This document shows, piece by piece, positions 16,439 to 27,654 of a stretch of DNA of 64,000 nt (its first letter is position 1; every line of letters begins with the position of its first letter). The notes beneath the pieces were generated by a model. That model was given only the letters and a program-made list of their open reading frames with translations, was not told the DNA's origin and ran no database searches. Source of the DNA: Candidatus Levyibacteriota bacterium (lineage in GTDB: Bacteria > Patescibacteriota > Microgenomatia > Levybacterales > UBA12049); the NCBI GenBank assembly GCA_052034235.1, contig JBPOIT010000009.1, forward strand, positions 136,203 to 200,202, in the 5' to 3' direction. Made by a program: the position numbers and the translations under genes.

Positions 16439-18328
16439 CTAGAAGAGATCTTCATTCTCTTTGAATTCTTGAGATTTTTTTATCTTTTCAAAATTTTGAG
16501 AGATTACATGTTCTGGTATCTCAAGAACAAAACGAGAGACAGTATTAGTAAGTCTTTGTCCAAAGAATAATCGACGTCTGGCATACGTAATAAAAAGTTT
16601 TTCTTTTGCTCGGGTCATACCCACATAGCAAAGGCGCCTTTCTTCTTCCAATTCCTGCTTATCCATTAGGCTTCTGCTGTGAGGGAATAATCCTTCTTCC
16701 ATGCCAATCATAAAGACAATAGGGAACTCGAGCCCCTTTGCTGCATGTAGTGTCATCAGTGTTATCGCATTTTTCTTATCATTATTCTCTTGTGGGTCAT
16801 GATGATATTCTTGCTCGACTAATGCAACATTTTCCAGAAATTCAGTGAGATTTGGAAAAGCGATAGCAACAGATCGTAGTTCTTTTATATTCTCAAGTCG
16901 TGCACGATCTTCTTCAATTTTTTCATCGTATAAATCAAGGTATTTTGTTGAACGAATGACACCGTCCAGTATATCTATTGTGTTCATTTGATCAGCAACA
17001 GTTTCACCTTCCATTTCTTTTGGCAATGGAACAGCAAGTGTCTCTCTAAAGAGAAGGAAATGCTGCAACCGACCTTTACCGAGTTTTTCGATACGTTTAT
17101 ATGCAAGCATATCTTTTTCATTATGGATAACACGTAAATAGGAGAGAATATCTTTTATTTCTTTACGGTCATAAAAACGTACACCTCCTATAAGGAGGTA
17201 TGGAACTCCGTGATGGAGGAGTGCTTCTTCGATAACACGCGATTGTGCATTGGTGCGGTATAAGACTGCTACTTTTCTCAAGTTCTTGAGTCCCAGATTG
17301 GCGACGGTTCGCAATATGAAATCTGCTTCATCCTGTTCATTCATAGCTTCATAAACTTCTATTTCTTCGCCGTCCGGATTTTCAGTCCATAACTTTAAAA
17401 CAGGATGTGAAGTATTTCTTGCGATAACGGTCGATGCTGCATCGAGTATTTTTTGAGTTGAACGATAATTTTGAGACAATGAAAAGGTTTGTGTTTGTGG
17501 ATAATCATCTTTAAATTTCATAAGATTTCTGTAGTCAGCACCACGCCAGGAATAAATACTTTGAGAAAAATCTCCGACCACACAAATATTCTTCCACTTA
17601 TCTGAAAGGAGTTTAGTTAGACGATACTGCGCTCTATTGGTGTCTTGATATTCATCAACAAGAACGTAGCGAAATCGGTTTTGATATTTCTCAAGAACTT
17701 GAGGATTTTCCATAAAAAGTCGAATTGTTTGGAGGATAAGATCGTCAAAATCTAGTGCGTCATTAGCTTTAAGTATTTTTTGGTAAACAGGGTAGATTTT
17801 GGCAACAGTTTCTTGGAAATAACCCCTGGCAAACTTAAAATAATCCTCATGAGATAAAAGTTCGTTTTTTGCCTGTGAAATAGTTGAAAGAACAGAATAA
17901 GGCTTAAAATCTTTTGTAGAAATCTGGAGCTGACTCATTGCTTCCTTTATAGCGTCAAGTTGGTCTTGGGAGTCGAAAATAAGAAATTTTTGAGAATAAC
18001 CAAGGTATTTCCCTTCAACTCTCATTATCTTGGCACAGAGAGAGTGAAATGTTGCTACCCATGGTGTGCCTGTATGCTTGGAAAGATCATATTCAGCAAG
18101 ATTCTTTTGTATTCGCTCTTTCATCTCATTTGCAGCTTTGTTGGTGAATGTAACCTGCAAAATGGATTCTGGCTCGACATTCTTTTCGGTTATTAAATAA
18201 ATGACTTTAAACGTGAGTACGCGAGTTTTTCCTGAGCCTGCACCTGCAAGAATAATTGTCGGACCTTCTGTATTGAGCACAGCTTTTTTTTGTTCTGGAT
18301 TTAAATCCTTGAGCAGTATATGATTCAT
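16439..18328 (-). CDS. pcrA: ATP-dependent DNA helicase PcrA/UvrD
   Basis: AGAGSGKT, VDEYQD, QNYRS, MTLHAAKGLEF, EEERRLCYVGMTRA. Confidence 0.95.
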   Translation of the reverse strand: MNHILLKDLNPEQKKAVLNTEGPTIILAGAGSGKTRVLTFKVIYLITEKNVEPESILQVTFTNKAANEMKERIQKNLAEYDLSKHTGTPWVATFHSLCAKIMRVEGKYLGYSQKFLIFDSQDQLDAIKEAMSQLQISTKDFKPYSVLSTISQAKNELLSHEDYFKFARGYFQETVAKIYPVYQKILKANDALDFDDLILQTIRLFMENPQVLEKYQNRFRYVLVDEYQDTNRAQYRLTKLLSDKWKNICVVGDFSQSIYSWRGADYRNLMKFKDDYPQTQTFSLSQNYRSTQKILDAASTVIARNTSHPVLKLWTENPDGEEIEVYEAMNEQDEADFILRTVANLGLKNLRKVAVLYRTNAQSRVIEEALLHHGVPYLLIGGVRFYDRKEIKDILSYLRVIHNEKDMLAYKRIEKLGKGRLQHFLLFRETLAVPLPKEMEGETVADQMNTIDILDGVIRSTKYLDLYDEKIEEDRARLENIKELRSVAIAFPNLTEFLENVALVEQEYHHDPQENNDKKNAITLMTLHAAKGLEFPIVFMIGMEEGLFPHSRSLMDKQELEEERRLCYVGMTRAKEKLFITYARRRLFFGQRLTNTVSRFVLEIPEHVISQNFEKIKKSQEFKENEDLF

Positions 18329-18374
18329 AGGGTATAATATTTTAAAGGTTAAGAAGTACTATTTATTCTACCAT

Positions 18375-19088
18375 ATGAAAAAACTTTTTATTGTAGCTAA
18401 TTGGAAATCATATAAAACAACACCTGAAGTTCGACGATGGCTGGATTTTTTTGGACAGAATAAAGGATATCTTCCTCAAGCTAGCGAAAAGGAGATTATT
18501 ATCTGTCCTTCCTTTCTCCATTTGGGGGTAATTAATGCATTTATAACGCAATATAACCTACCCTTCCGTGTAGGTACTCAAGACATTTCTCCATTTGAAG
18601 AAGGTTCAAAGACTGGCGCTGTTTTTGCAAAACAAGCCGCGGATTTTGCTACACACGCAATTGTGGGTCATTCGGAAAGACGTAAATTTTTTCATGAAAC
18701 TGACGAAGATGTCCTGGCAAAAGTAAAACAATTACTTGAAAACAATATCACGCCAATTCTATGCATCAGTGATATGACCCAACTTGACTATTATCTTAAA
18801 GAGGATACTATCTTAATCGAAAAATCTGACAAGATTATTTTTGTCTATGAACCGCCGAGTGCAATCAGTGGTGGTGGTGCCTTCCATGCTGAAATACCTG
18901 AAATAGCAGATAAAAATGCGTTATCAATAATCGAGAAAATTGGTAAAAAAGTGACCATATTATATGGTGGAAGTCTTAATCCAGACAATGCCCATACATT
19001 CTTCAGGCTTGAGCATATCAGTGGTGGATTGATTGGACAAGCAAGCTTAGATGCTGCAAAATTATTACAAATTATCAAAAGTTTCTAG
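18375..19088 (+). CDS. tpiA: Triosephosphate isomerase
   Basis: ANWK, GHSERR, YEP, LYGGS, GLIGQASL. Confidence 0.9.
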   Translation: MKKLFIVANWKSYKTTPEVRRWLDFFGQNKGYLPQASEKEIIICPSFLHLGVINAFITQYNLPFRVGTQDISPFEEGSKTGAVFAKQAADFATHAIVGHSERRKFFHETDEDVLAKVKQLLENNITPILCISDMTQLDYYLKEDTILIEKSDKIIFVYEPPSAISGGGAFHAEIPEIADKNALSIIEKIGKKVTILYGGSLNPDNAHTFFRLEHISGGLIGQASLDAAKLLQIIKSF

Positions 19089-19155
19089 TGAAAATTTCCC
19101 TTTAGCTATTTATTATTTTCCGTTTATTTGACTGTATGTGATAGGTCATATATAA

Positions 19156-20379
19156 ATGGTAAACAGAAAGAGAATAACTATGGATCGTAAAATTTCCCGA
19201 CGACGAACGAGACGTATTAGAAAACGAGTCTTCTTAGCATTTCTCGTTTTTTTTGTCGTAATTGCAGGTATTATTATCGCAAGTACTGCAAAGTATTTCC
19301 CAGCTCTATGGGAACTAACTTTTGAAAAAGACGTCATAGAGCTCAAAGAAACGAAAGAGAAACGAGTTAATATCTTAATTCTTGGAGTCGGTGGGGGAAA
19401 CCATGACGGACCAAACCTGACAGATACAATCATATTTGCAAGCATAGATCCAGAAACAAAAAAAGTGACACTAGTGTCATTGCCGAGGGATTTATGGGTA
19501 CCTGACTTAGGAGCGAAAATAAATACGGTTTATACTTTCGCAGAAGAGAAAGAACAGGGGAAAGGACTATCCGTCACCAAAGCACTTATTGCAAAAACGT
19601 TGAATCAACAAATTGATTATGCGGTAAAAATTGATTTCAGAGGTTTTGAAAAGATGGTTGATATGATTGGCGGATTAAAAATTGATGTTGAAAATACGTT
19701 CGATGATTATGAATATCCACTGAGTGGTAAAGAAGCTGATCCGTGTGGTTTAACTGAAGACAGAATTGCTAGTCTTTCGGCAGAGATTGCGTCAGGAAGT
19801 GCTTCAGTTGTTGATTCTTTCCCCTGCAGATATGAACATCTCCATTTTGAAGAAGGTTCCTTAACTATGGAGGGTGAAACTGCTCTTAAATATGTCAGAT
19901 CTCGTCATGGGACAGGGAAAGAAGGCTCTGATTTTGCAAGATCAAAACGACAAGAAAAAGTGATAACCGCATTTAAAGATAAAGTTCTTTCAGCTGAAAC
20001 ACTTCTCAATCCAGTAAAGGTTGTCAGCATAGTCCAAACACTGGAAGGAAGTATTGAAACAGATATTAAGGAGAATGAGTATGATGACTTTGTAAAACTT
20101 GCGCAAAAAATGAAAGGTGCAAAAGTGACAAGTGCAATTGTTGATACAGGCGATAGTAGTGAAGACAGATACGGATTATTAGAAAATCCTCCAATCAGAA
20201 GTGAATATGGCAATCAATGGGTACTTTCTCCACGTATTGGTAACGGTGAATTTTCAGAACTTCAGGAGTACGTTGCCTGTATGATAGAGGGAAGTAGCTG
20301 TTCAGTGGGTCAAGCTGGTATTATTACACCGACAATGATTCCAACTCCTCGTATAACAAAAACCATTCAAGGAAGATAA
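19156..20379 (+). CDS. LCP (LytR-CpsA-Psr) family glycopolymer transferase
   Basis: N-terminal TM; NILILG, TDTI, SLPRD, YVRSRH, SDFARSKRQ. Confidence 0.92.
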   Translation: MVNRKRITMDRKISRRRTRRIRKRVFLAFLVFFVVIAGIIIASTAKYFPALWELTFEKDVIELKETKEKRVNILILGVGGGNHDGPNLTDTIIFASIDPETKKVTLVSLPRDLWVPDLGAKINTVYTFAEEKEQGKGLSVTKALIAKTLNQQIDYAVKIDFRGFEKMVDMIGGLKIDVENTFDDYEYPLSGKEADPCGLTEDRIASLSAEIASGSASVVDSFPCRYEHLHFEEGSLTMEGETALKYVRSRHGTGKEGSDFARSKRQEKVITAFKDKVLSAETLLNPVKVVSIVQTLEGSIETDIKENEYDDFVKLAQKMKGAKVTSAIVDTGDSSEDRYGLLENPPIRSEYGNQWVLSPRIGNGEFSELQEYVACMIEGSSCSVGQAGIITPTMIPTPRITKTIQGR

Positions 20380-20389
20380 TTCAGATAAT

Positions 20390-22681
20390 TTATTTTAGTT
20401 CGTAGATCTTTGTATTATCCTTCTGAAATACCACAGTTCCTAGTTTCACAAATTTACCTTCGTTTAGTGATGGATGTTTTTGGTATTCCATAGCACCGAT
20501 GAAAACATATTTGATTTTGTATTTACTTATCAGATCAAGCGTTTGCTTCTCGTCATTTGACTCGTAGAGATTTTTAATATCATTAATTCTAGCTGCAGGA
20601 ATGTCATAACTTCCTCTCCATAACCATTCATGGACTGTCCAGCCAAGCACTGTGGGAAGTCCAGTATTTGCAGAAACCCGCGCATAATCTGTATATGAAT
20701 CACCCTGGGCTTCGAGTATTACTGGTTGGCCTTTCACGTTTTTGTTAAGCCACATAATTGCTTCGTAGTCTGCTGGATATTGAGTTTTTATGTATACAGT
20801 TCCATCAAGACCTTTGTAGGTTTTTAGTTCTCCGTAATATGAAGAAATTGCAAGATATGGGTATGTCAGAACAAGTCCGATTAGTGAAATTGAAATGACA
20901 GGGAACAAGACAGCGCTAAAAGGGGTAATCCATCCACGATGTGCAACTGCTGGTTTCATAAGTCTAAAAATAATATAACCGCAAGCAATACTTAGCATAA
21001 TAAATGATTGAAAAACGAGTTTAAACATAGTATTCGCCCGATAATGGGCTGGGTAAATGTCCTTAACATAAATAAATTCAGGAATAATAATAAGTAGTGT
21101 ACCCAGAAGGATAAGTATCAAAATAAATAAATCTACGTGAAATAGTTTTTTAGATCTAGTTACGAAAATTGTAAAAAGCAGAACAAAAAAGTAGAAGAAT
21201 CCGTACAGCATCAAAAGTTGCCACCATTCAGAATGTTGGCAGTGGTTCGCTTCAAACATAAAAGGTCCGATTTTCCCAATCTTGGTAAGAAAATCAGGAG
21301 CACAAAGGATTCCAATTCCAGAAACAAATGGTTTGAAAAACAAATTATATGGCACAGTAAATAAGCTAAAAGCAGCAGTAACTGTACCGATTGCTAAAAG
21401 CATATCTCTTAGCCATGGCATAAGCCATCGAGTATGAATTGTTCCAGACGCTTTTTTTGAGGCTTTAAGATTCTTAATAACCATACCGTCATCAATAGCT
21501 GCGTTTTCATTTTTGTATTTGGGTAACTGCTGCCAATAAAGGAAAAGAATGACAAAGCTCGTGAGGAGGAGATAAATTGCCCCATCCCATGCATTGGTCA
21601 TATACATTGTTGAAAGGAAAAAACCAATCAGAATGAGTATCATTGGATGTACGAGGAATGACTGCATGAATTGTGACGGTTTATTCTTTGAAGTATTTTC
21701 ATCAACTTTTTCATCAGGATCATGAGACATAAAGATTGCAAGTAAAAGACCAATGATGAATAAGACAAGAGGGATATCTAAAACATGTCCATGAAGATCT
21801 GCAACTACCCAGGAATAAATAGGAAATTCGTGAATGGTATTGTAAATATAACGTGTAGCATTTGGATACCAATAGGCATTCGGGAATGTTTGCGGTGAAA
21901 ACACAAGTTCCCACAGCGGTTTTGGTGCGTCATTTTTGTAAGGCGTGAAGAATGAATAAAGAATATGAAGATTCCCGGCAAAAGTTGCAAGTGCGGCAGT
22001 TAAGAAGCCAGATGTGAACTGCTTCACTTTTGAAAGGTGCTCATCTTTTACAGCAAATGTATAGAGTGCGGCCCCGATTGAAAATGTTTGTGTGAGACAG
22101 AGTGCAAATATGGTTGAGAGCATAAGATTAAAAGAAATATTGGAAGGAACAAATGAGAGTTTCGTAAGCACAGCCGTCATAATATGACCGAAATAGTAAT
22201 AATTAATAGTAAACGGAGGAAACCACATATCAGTAGGAGGGAAATAATCTCCACGGATCGCGGAATTTATAAATCCATAATCCATATATTTTTCAAGTCC
22301 ATGAATATCAGGCGCGAATGAATGTATGTACGCCCAGAAAAAGAGTGCAAGGAGAAAGAATAACTCTTCGAAGAGAAAAATCGGCCAGAATTTTTGAAGG
22401 GCGAAACGAATTTTCCATTTGTCACGGATTAGAAAAAAGCTAATTCCGGCTGCTAGTGCAAACACGATATAAGAACTGAGAGGAGAAAATGGTACTATTC
22501 GAATTGTGCCTAACACAAAGATAAAATATGTAGTAATTGTTACACCTAAAATTTTAGAAAAAATATAACCTTTATCAAAGTACTTATCAAAAAGCAAAAT
22601 AGTAAGTGGTAAGAAGCCTATTCCTAAAAGCAGGAAGACCCCCCACCATTGTAAAACTGCGTAAATATCTGTTGGAAGCAT
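20390..22681 (-). CDS. DUF2298 / YYY-motif membrane protein (GT-C-like)
   Basis: EKYMD, NYYYFGH, HEFP..S..ADLHGH, RANTMFK, TGLPTVLGW..HE..WR. Confidence 0.85.
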   Translation of the reverse strand: MLPTDIYAVLQWWGVFLLLGIGFLPLTILLFDKYFDKGYIFSKILGVTITTYFIFVLGTIRIVPFSPLSSYIVFALAAGISFFLIRDKWKIRFALQKFWPIFLFEELFFLLALFFWAYIHSFAPDIHGLEKYMDYGFINSAIRGDYFPPTDMWFPPFTINYYYFGHIMTAVLTKLSFVPSNISFNLMLSTIFALCLTQTFSIGAALYTFAVKDEHLSKVKQFTSGFLTAALATFAGNLHILYSFFTPYKNDAPKPLWELVFSPQTFPNAYWYPNATRYIYNTIHEFPIYSWVVADLHGHVLDIPLVLFIIGLLLAIFMSHDPDEKVDENTSKNKPSQFMQSFLVHPMILILIGFFLSTMYMTNAWDGAIYLLLTSFVILFLYWQQLPKYKNENAAIDDGMVIKNLKASKKASGTIHTRWLMPWLRDMLLAIGTVTAAFSLFTVPYNLFFKPFVSGIGILCAPDFLTKIGKIGPFMFEANHCQHSEWWQLLMLYGFFYFFVLLFTIFVTRSKKLFHVDLFILILILLGTLLIIIPEFIYVKDIYPAHYRANTMFKLVFQSFIMLSIACGYIIFRLMKPAVAHRGWITPFSAVLFPVISISLIGLVLTYPYLAISSYYGELKTYKGLDGTVYIKTQYPADYEAIMWLNKNVKGQPVILEAQGDSYTDYARVSANTGLPTVLGWTVHEWLWRGSYDIPAARINDIKNLYESNDEKQTLDLISKYKIKYVFIGAMEYQKHPSLNEGKFVKLGTVVFQKDNTKIYELK

Positions 22682-22696
22682 AGTATTAGTTAAATA

Positions 22697-23236
22697 TTAT
22701 TTGAAAATTTCGTCAAGTTGATTGATAGAATAGACATTCTTTTCGCGAGGTTTATCCTCATTGCGATGATTGAGCCAGAGAAATTTCGTATTTCTATTGT
22801 GCTTTGCGGCATAATTGACAAGAGATAAGTCATCATCGATATATAAATCCAAATTGAGACCTTTAATGATTTCGTTTTTGAAAATATGTGGCTGCTTATT
22901 TTCATAATTAAAGTATAATCCATCAAAGGTTTCATCGAGGTTATAGCGTTTAATAAGTTTATTGGTGATGCCTTCTAGGAATTTATAACGGCTTGATATA
23001 AGGTAAAGTTTATTTTTATCTTTTGGAATACTGCGAAGAAATTCCAAGTTTGATTTGATAGGTGGTCTGAGAAGAGGGTAATGGAGCGCTTTTCTGAGAA
23101 GTTGTTCAGGGTACGATGGGATACGGTAGATGAGTACGCCATTATCTTTCTTTTTATAAAATTTATCAAACAAAACTGAAGGTAAAAGTGGTGGATAGTC
23201 GATAAATACTTTATCTAGATCAAAGCCAATGTTCAT
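22697..23236 (-). CDS. HAD-superfamily (5'-nucleotidase-like) protein
   Basis: IGFDLD motif I, ISSR, K, YIDDD. Confidence 0.7.
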   Translation of the reverse strand: MNIGFDLDKVFIDYPPLLPSVLFDKFYKKKDNGVLIYRIPSYPEQLLRKALHYPLLRPPIKSNLEFLRSIPKDKNKLYLISSRYKFLEGITNKLIKRYNLDETFDGLYFNYENKQPHIFKNEIIKGLNLDLYIDDDLSLVNYAAKHNRNTKFLWLNHRNEDKPREKNVYSINQLDEIFK

Positions 23237-23367
23237 GATTTATGATGTCTATTGTACTATGCGGGTTTGTCTGTTGGCAAGCTTATTGTAGGGGCTAAAT
23301 CGTAAAGTCATAAGATTTCCTTTTTATATAGATATGAGTTATTCTATGCTACAATAATACCACTTTT

Positions 23368-24411
23368 ATGAAAGCGCGACGGTTTCTTGTTACGGGTGGA
23401 TCAGGGTTTTTAGGAATTAATCTCATCAGATATCTTCTCAATAAAGGTGAGAAAGTTGTTTCTTATGATATTGTCCCATTTGATTATCCAGAGAAAGAAA
23501 AGATTACTGCGATTCTCGGTGATATTCGAGATAAAAAAGCTGTTGTAAAAGCAATGAATGGTGTTGATATTGTTGTGCACTGTGCAGCAGCTCTACCTCT
23601 TTATAAGAAAGAAGATATTTTTTCAACAGATATTGACGGTTCAAAAAATGTGTTAGAAGCTGCATATAAAGAAAAAGTTGATCGCTTTATTCATATATCC
23701 TCAACTGCTGTGTATGGAATTCCAGACCATCATCCACTTTATGAGCATGATAAGTTAATTGGAGTTGGACCATATGGTATTTCAAAAGTGAAAACAGAAA
23801 AAATAGGTGAGGAATATCGAAAAAAAGGTATGTGCGTGAGTATTATACGGCCAAAATCGTTTGTAGGGCCAGAAAGACTTGGTGTATTTGCGCTTTTTTA
23901 TGATTGGGCAAAGTCTGGTCATAATTTCCCGATGATTGGAAGCGGCAATAATAGATATCAGTTACTTGATGTTGAGGATCTTTGTGATGCAATATATCTA
24001 TGTTCTGTGAAGGATAAAAAACTTGTTAACGATACGTTTAATATCGGTGCTAAGGAATATACGACGATGAAAGAGGATTATCAAGCAGTTCTCGATAAGG
24101 CAGGATTTGGTAAAAAAATTATTGGTTTTCCTGCAGAGCCTGTCATCTGGGGACTACGAGTACTTGAATCACTCCATGTCTCACCGCTTTACAAATGGGT
24201 ATATGAAACAGCATCAAAAGATTCATTTGTATCAATTGAAAAAGCAGAAAAAAAATTGGGTTTTAAGCCAAAATATTCAAACAAGGATGCACTGTTACGT
24301 AATTATAAGTGGTATTTGGATAACCTCAAATATTTTGAAAACCAAAGTGGTGTTAGCCATAGAGTCCCCTGGAAACAAGGTGCGTTGGGAATTATAAAGA
24401 ACTTATTTTAA
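23368..24411 (+). CDS. NAD-dependent epimerase/dehydratase (extended SDR)
   Basis: TGGSGFLG, HISSTAVYG, YGISK. Confidence 0.9.
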   Translation: MKARRFLVTGGSGFLGINLIRYLLNKGEKVVSYDIVPFDYPEKEKITAILGDIRDKKAVVKAMNGVDIVVHCAAALPLYKKEDIFSTDIDGSKNVLEAAYKEKVDRFIHISSTAVYGIPDHHPLYEHDKLIGVGPYGISKVKTEKIGEEYRKKGMCVSIIRPKSFVGPERLGVFALFYDWAKSGHNFPMIGSGNNRYQLLDVEDLCDAIYLCSVKDKKLVNDTFNIGAKEYTTMKEDYQAVLDKAGFGKKIIGFPAEPVIWGLRVLESLHVSPLYKWVYETASKDSFVSIEKAEKKLGFKPKYSNKDALLRNYKWYLDNLKYFENQSGVSHRVPWKQGALGIIKNLF

Positions 24412-24415
24412 ATGA

Positions 24416-25921
24416 TTACGGAAGAACTTCACCAATAAAAAATGCAGGTTTATCGTTCGGGTAATAAATGATTTTTTTTGTGTTGAAATGAATATCTGGA
24501 TGCTCCAGTAAATAATGAGGAGTTACCGTAAAAAGTTGCCGCTTTAAAGGATTAAAGACTTCATGAGGTGCAGCAACGAGACATTTCTCACACCCGTTTG
24601 GTGCGTAAAATTTGAAGAAAATATATGGCGCATTAAATTCCCCAATCAAATACAATTCATCATAATTATTTTTTTGATTTTCAAAATAAGGAACAATCTC
24701 CCGTGGTCCATATTGCCATCCCCAAAAGTCTGCAGAATAGTGAGGATATTTCAAAAAATAAAAGTTACTAAAAATTAATGTGTTTACTAATATAAGTATT
24801 CCAATAATACCGACTGATATATACTGTGGCAAAGACATTCTCATAAATCTAACAACAACACTGATACCAAGTGCAATTAGGATTGCACTAAGCGGTGCTC
24901 CAATAATGGTTCTGCCGGTAAACGGCCCTTCAGCAGCCACTGCTGCGCCGACAGGGTATAACATGAGCCAAAGGAGAAGAATTTGCCCGTGAGTTTTTTT
25001 CCATATATGTATGACATAACCAATCCCAATATAAAAGAAGGGAATTGTTATAGCGAGAAATGGTGTCAGTCCATTCGTAAAATGACGAGTTATAAATGTT
25101 TGTTCGCCGTGCAGAAAAAGCGCGGGGGATAGTTGCGAAATATAATTCGAAAGTATTCGTAATAAGGTATCGCTGAGATTTAATTTTGCGCTGAACACAG
25201 ATATTTCATTAAACCGTGCAGTGCCTTCTCCATTGAGAAAGCTAAAGATAAAGGGAACACTCATAACAACAAATACAAGCGCTGCTATACTGAGTTCTTT
25301 TTTATGTGAGAGTATTTTTTTACGGTAGATAAATAATAATCCCAACACAAAAAGCGGTATGATAAGTTTTGCTGAATAATAGGTATATAAACTGAGCGAT
25401 GCTACAAGAAATGCTGGGATGATATACACTTTTTGTTTGACAGCTTTTATAAGAAGCCAGATCGTCGCCGTAAAAAATGCCAGATAACTATTCATCTCAA
25501 AACCTGTTCTGTTGTAATGAATAAGCCACGGCATGGTTGTTGCGATTGCCGCACTTGTAAGTGCAATTTTTTTTGTAAACAGGTCTTTTGTTATTAGGTA
25601 CACCATGACAATAGTAACCATCCCAAAAAGCACAGATTGCAACCTTACACTGAATTCATTTAACCCCAAGAAAAGAATAAATGGCACCGTTGCGTAAATG
25701 GCAATTGGGCTTTTAAATTCACCAAACGATCTGAAAAATGTTGGGAAAGGAGTACCATACTCATCCTTGCCCGTTGTCAGTATCGAATAGGCGTTATACC
25801 CAATCGCTGCTTCATCGCAGAAAAAACCTGTGGGGTTTTTATCAAGCGCGTATATTCGTAGTGCAAACCCAATAAGGAGAATTATTATGAGAAAAAAAAG
25901 ATGGGAATGATGTTTTTTCAT
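24416..25921 (-). CDS. ArnT/PMT-like GT-C glycosyltransferase
   Basis: CDEAAIGYNAYSI..TGKDEYG, SVRL. Confidence 0.85.
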   Translation of the reverse strand: MKKHHSHLFFLIIILLIGFALRIYALDKNPTGFFCDEAAIGYNAYSILTTGKDEYGTPFPTFFRSFGEFKSPIAIYATVPFILFLGLNEFSVRLQSVLFGMVTIVMVYLITKDLFTKKIALTSAAIATTMPWLIHYNRTGFEMNSYLAFFTATIWLLIKAVKQKVYIIPAFLVASLSLYTYYSAKLIIPLFVLGLLFIYRKKILSHKKELSIAALVFVVMSVPFIFSFLNGEGTARFNEISVFSAKLNLSDTLLRILSNYISQLSPALFLHGEQTFITRHFTNGLTPFLAITIPFFYIGIGYVIHIWKKTHGQILLLWLMLYPVGAAVAAEGPFTGRTIIGAPLSAILIALGISVVVRFMRMSLPQYISVGIIGILILVNTLIFSNFYFLKYPHYSADFWGWQYGPREIVPYFENQKNNYDELYLIGEFNAPYIFFKFYAPNGCEKCLVAAPHEVFNPLKRQLFTVTPHYLLEHPDIHFNTKKIIYYPNDKPAFFIGEVLP

Positions 25922-27648
25922 AGTGAAACTATGCCTTTTTTCTGAAAGATCATCACTTTTGGATGATCATATACAGTAAAGGATTCATCAGCTGATTGGT
26001 CATCTATTTGTATGTTTAGAAGCGGAACTGTTGGGTAATTAGTGAATTCAGCGACTTTAACAAAACCAAGTTCGCCTGAAAAAAGTTTTTGGTAATAATC
26101 AGTTGTTTCTTTATAACATCTTGTTGGTGGTAGATGCTCGCAATCGGTTAACTTTTGTAGTGGTGTATATAATCTGTTGGATGCAATAATGATGTAGTCA
26201 GCTTGCGCGAGTTGACTTCTTACCAAATCCCATTTCCATGTCGTATCCGGTTCATACAACCCAAGTGTAATCATGACATATTTTTCCTGCCCCATAAGCG
26301 GTAATCCATCATCCCAATGTTCAATAGCGATGGCTTTGCCTTCTGGAATATACTGATTAATCCACGTCGTCGCATCAGTTCTCGGATTATTTCTTGTATA
26401 TGTATGTACGAAACTCAAAGGCCAAATTAAAAGAAGTATCACAAGCGCTGTTTGAAGGACAAAAAAGAGTGAGAGAGGTTTTATTTTTTTATGCATATAT
26501 TTCAATAATTCAATACTTACTACTGCTCCAAATAAACAAAACAGGGGATAGACAGGCAACATATACCTCATAAAGCCAATCGCAAATCCACCAACTACCC
26601 AGAAATAACTTAGAAAAAAAGAGAAAAGTATTATGAGTTTTGCAAAAAGCGTATCATGTTCTTTTTTTAGAGCGTACACAATTGTGTAACCTGTGCCTAA
26701 GAAGCAAAGCAAGGCTAGTAGTGGACCTAGTCCGAATAAAAAGATGTTTTGTAGTTCGTAAAAGTAAGGAATTTTCCCTACGTATTGCAGTGTGTAAGGA
26801 AAAACAAACGCGTCTTTGGTCATCATTGATTGATAAAGTGTTTGCTCCCAAAAGGTTTTGTTGTCTATAAGAGCATACGGTTCAACTATTGCAAAGGATG
26901 CGAGCGTTGCAAGTCCTACGATTAGACCGTAGCTCACAAGATTTTTTATACTAATTTTTAATGGATTTCGATACAAAGTTATTTTTTTTGGGCTGTTGAG
27001 AAACCTTAGAATAAAATCTATAAAAAATGCTGCGAATATTGAAAAGCACAAGACAATCGCACTCACTTTAGTTCCGAGTGCAAAACCAAATGTTATCCCG
27101 ACAAGAAGTGATTTCAGTACAGTGGGTTTTTCGTACAGGTGAAGTAATACATAAAGAGATAGTGTCACGAAAAAAGTCAAAATAGTGTCAACAGCATAAA
27201 AATGAGAAAGCTGGATAGGAAGCACACCAAGTGCATAGAAAAATGCAGCTGCAAGCCCAACTCGTTCACGAAAAAGTTTGCGTCCTAAGAAATAGAGTAC
27301 AAGAATTGTCCCCATATCAAACAGTGCTGAGAGAAAACGTCCGACAATATTTATGAGGGCATACTCAGAATATAGCGGATCAAATTGTCCCATAACATCT
27401 CCAGCCCATTGCAATAAATACATGGGAAAGCTTCCATAGGCAAAAAATTTAGGATTCCAAGGGCTTTCAGGTGAGAGAAATTCAGCAATACTTGTAGGAT
27501 ATACGAGTTTATCAACGGTCATCACAATAGCTCGTTCGTCTGGATGTAAATGGTAGCCTTGATCCCAATTGATTCCAGTAAATCTCAATATGGCAGCAAG
27601 TATGAGGATCAAGATGAGTAAGCGTTTGGTAGTAACAAATCGTTTCAT
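25918..27648 (-). CDS. PMT-like GT-C glycosyltransferase
   Basis: HPDER, NPKFFAYGS, ADESFTVYDHP. Confidence 0.85.
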   Translation of the reverse strand: MKRFVTTKRLLILILILAAILRFTGINWDQGYHLHPDERAIVMTVDKLVYPTSIAEFLSPESPWNPKFFAYGSFPMYLLQWAGDVMGQFDPLYSEYALINIVGRFLSALFDMGTILVLYFLGRKLFRERVGLAAAFFYALGVLPIQLSHFYAVDTILTFFVTLSLYVLLHLYEKPTVLKSLLVGITFGFALGTKVSAIVLCFSIFAAFFIDFILRFLNSPKKITLYRNPLKISIKNLVSYGLIVGLATLASFAIVEPYALIDNKTFWEQTLYQSMMTKDAFVFPYTLQYVGKIPYFYELQNIFLFGLGPLLALLCFLGTGYTIVYALKKEHDTLFAKLIILFSFFLSYFWVVGGFAIGFMRYMLPVYPLFCLFGAVVSIELLKYMHKKIKPLSLFFVLQTALVILLLIWPLSFVHTYTRNNPRTDATTWINQYIPEGKAIAIEHWDDGLPLMGQEKYVMITLGLYEPDTTWKWDLVRSQLAQADYIIIASNRLYTPLQKLTDCEHLPPTRCYKETTDYYQKLFSGELGFVKVAEFTNYPTVPLLNIQIDDQSADESFTVYDHPKVMIFQKKGIVSL

Positions 27649-27654
27649 AAATAA

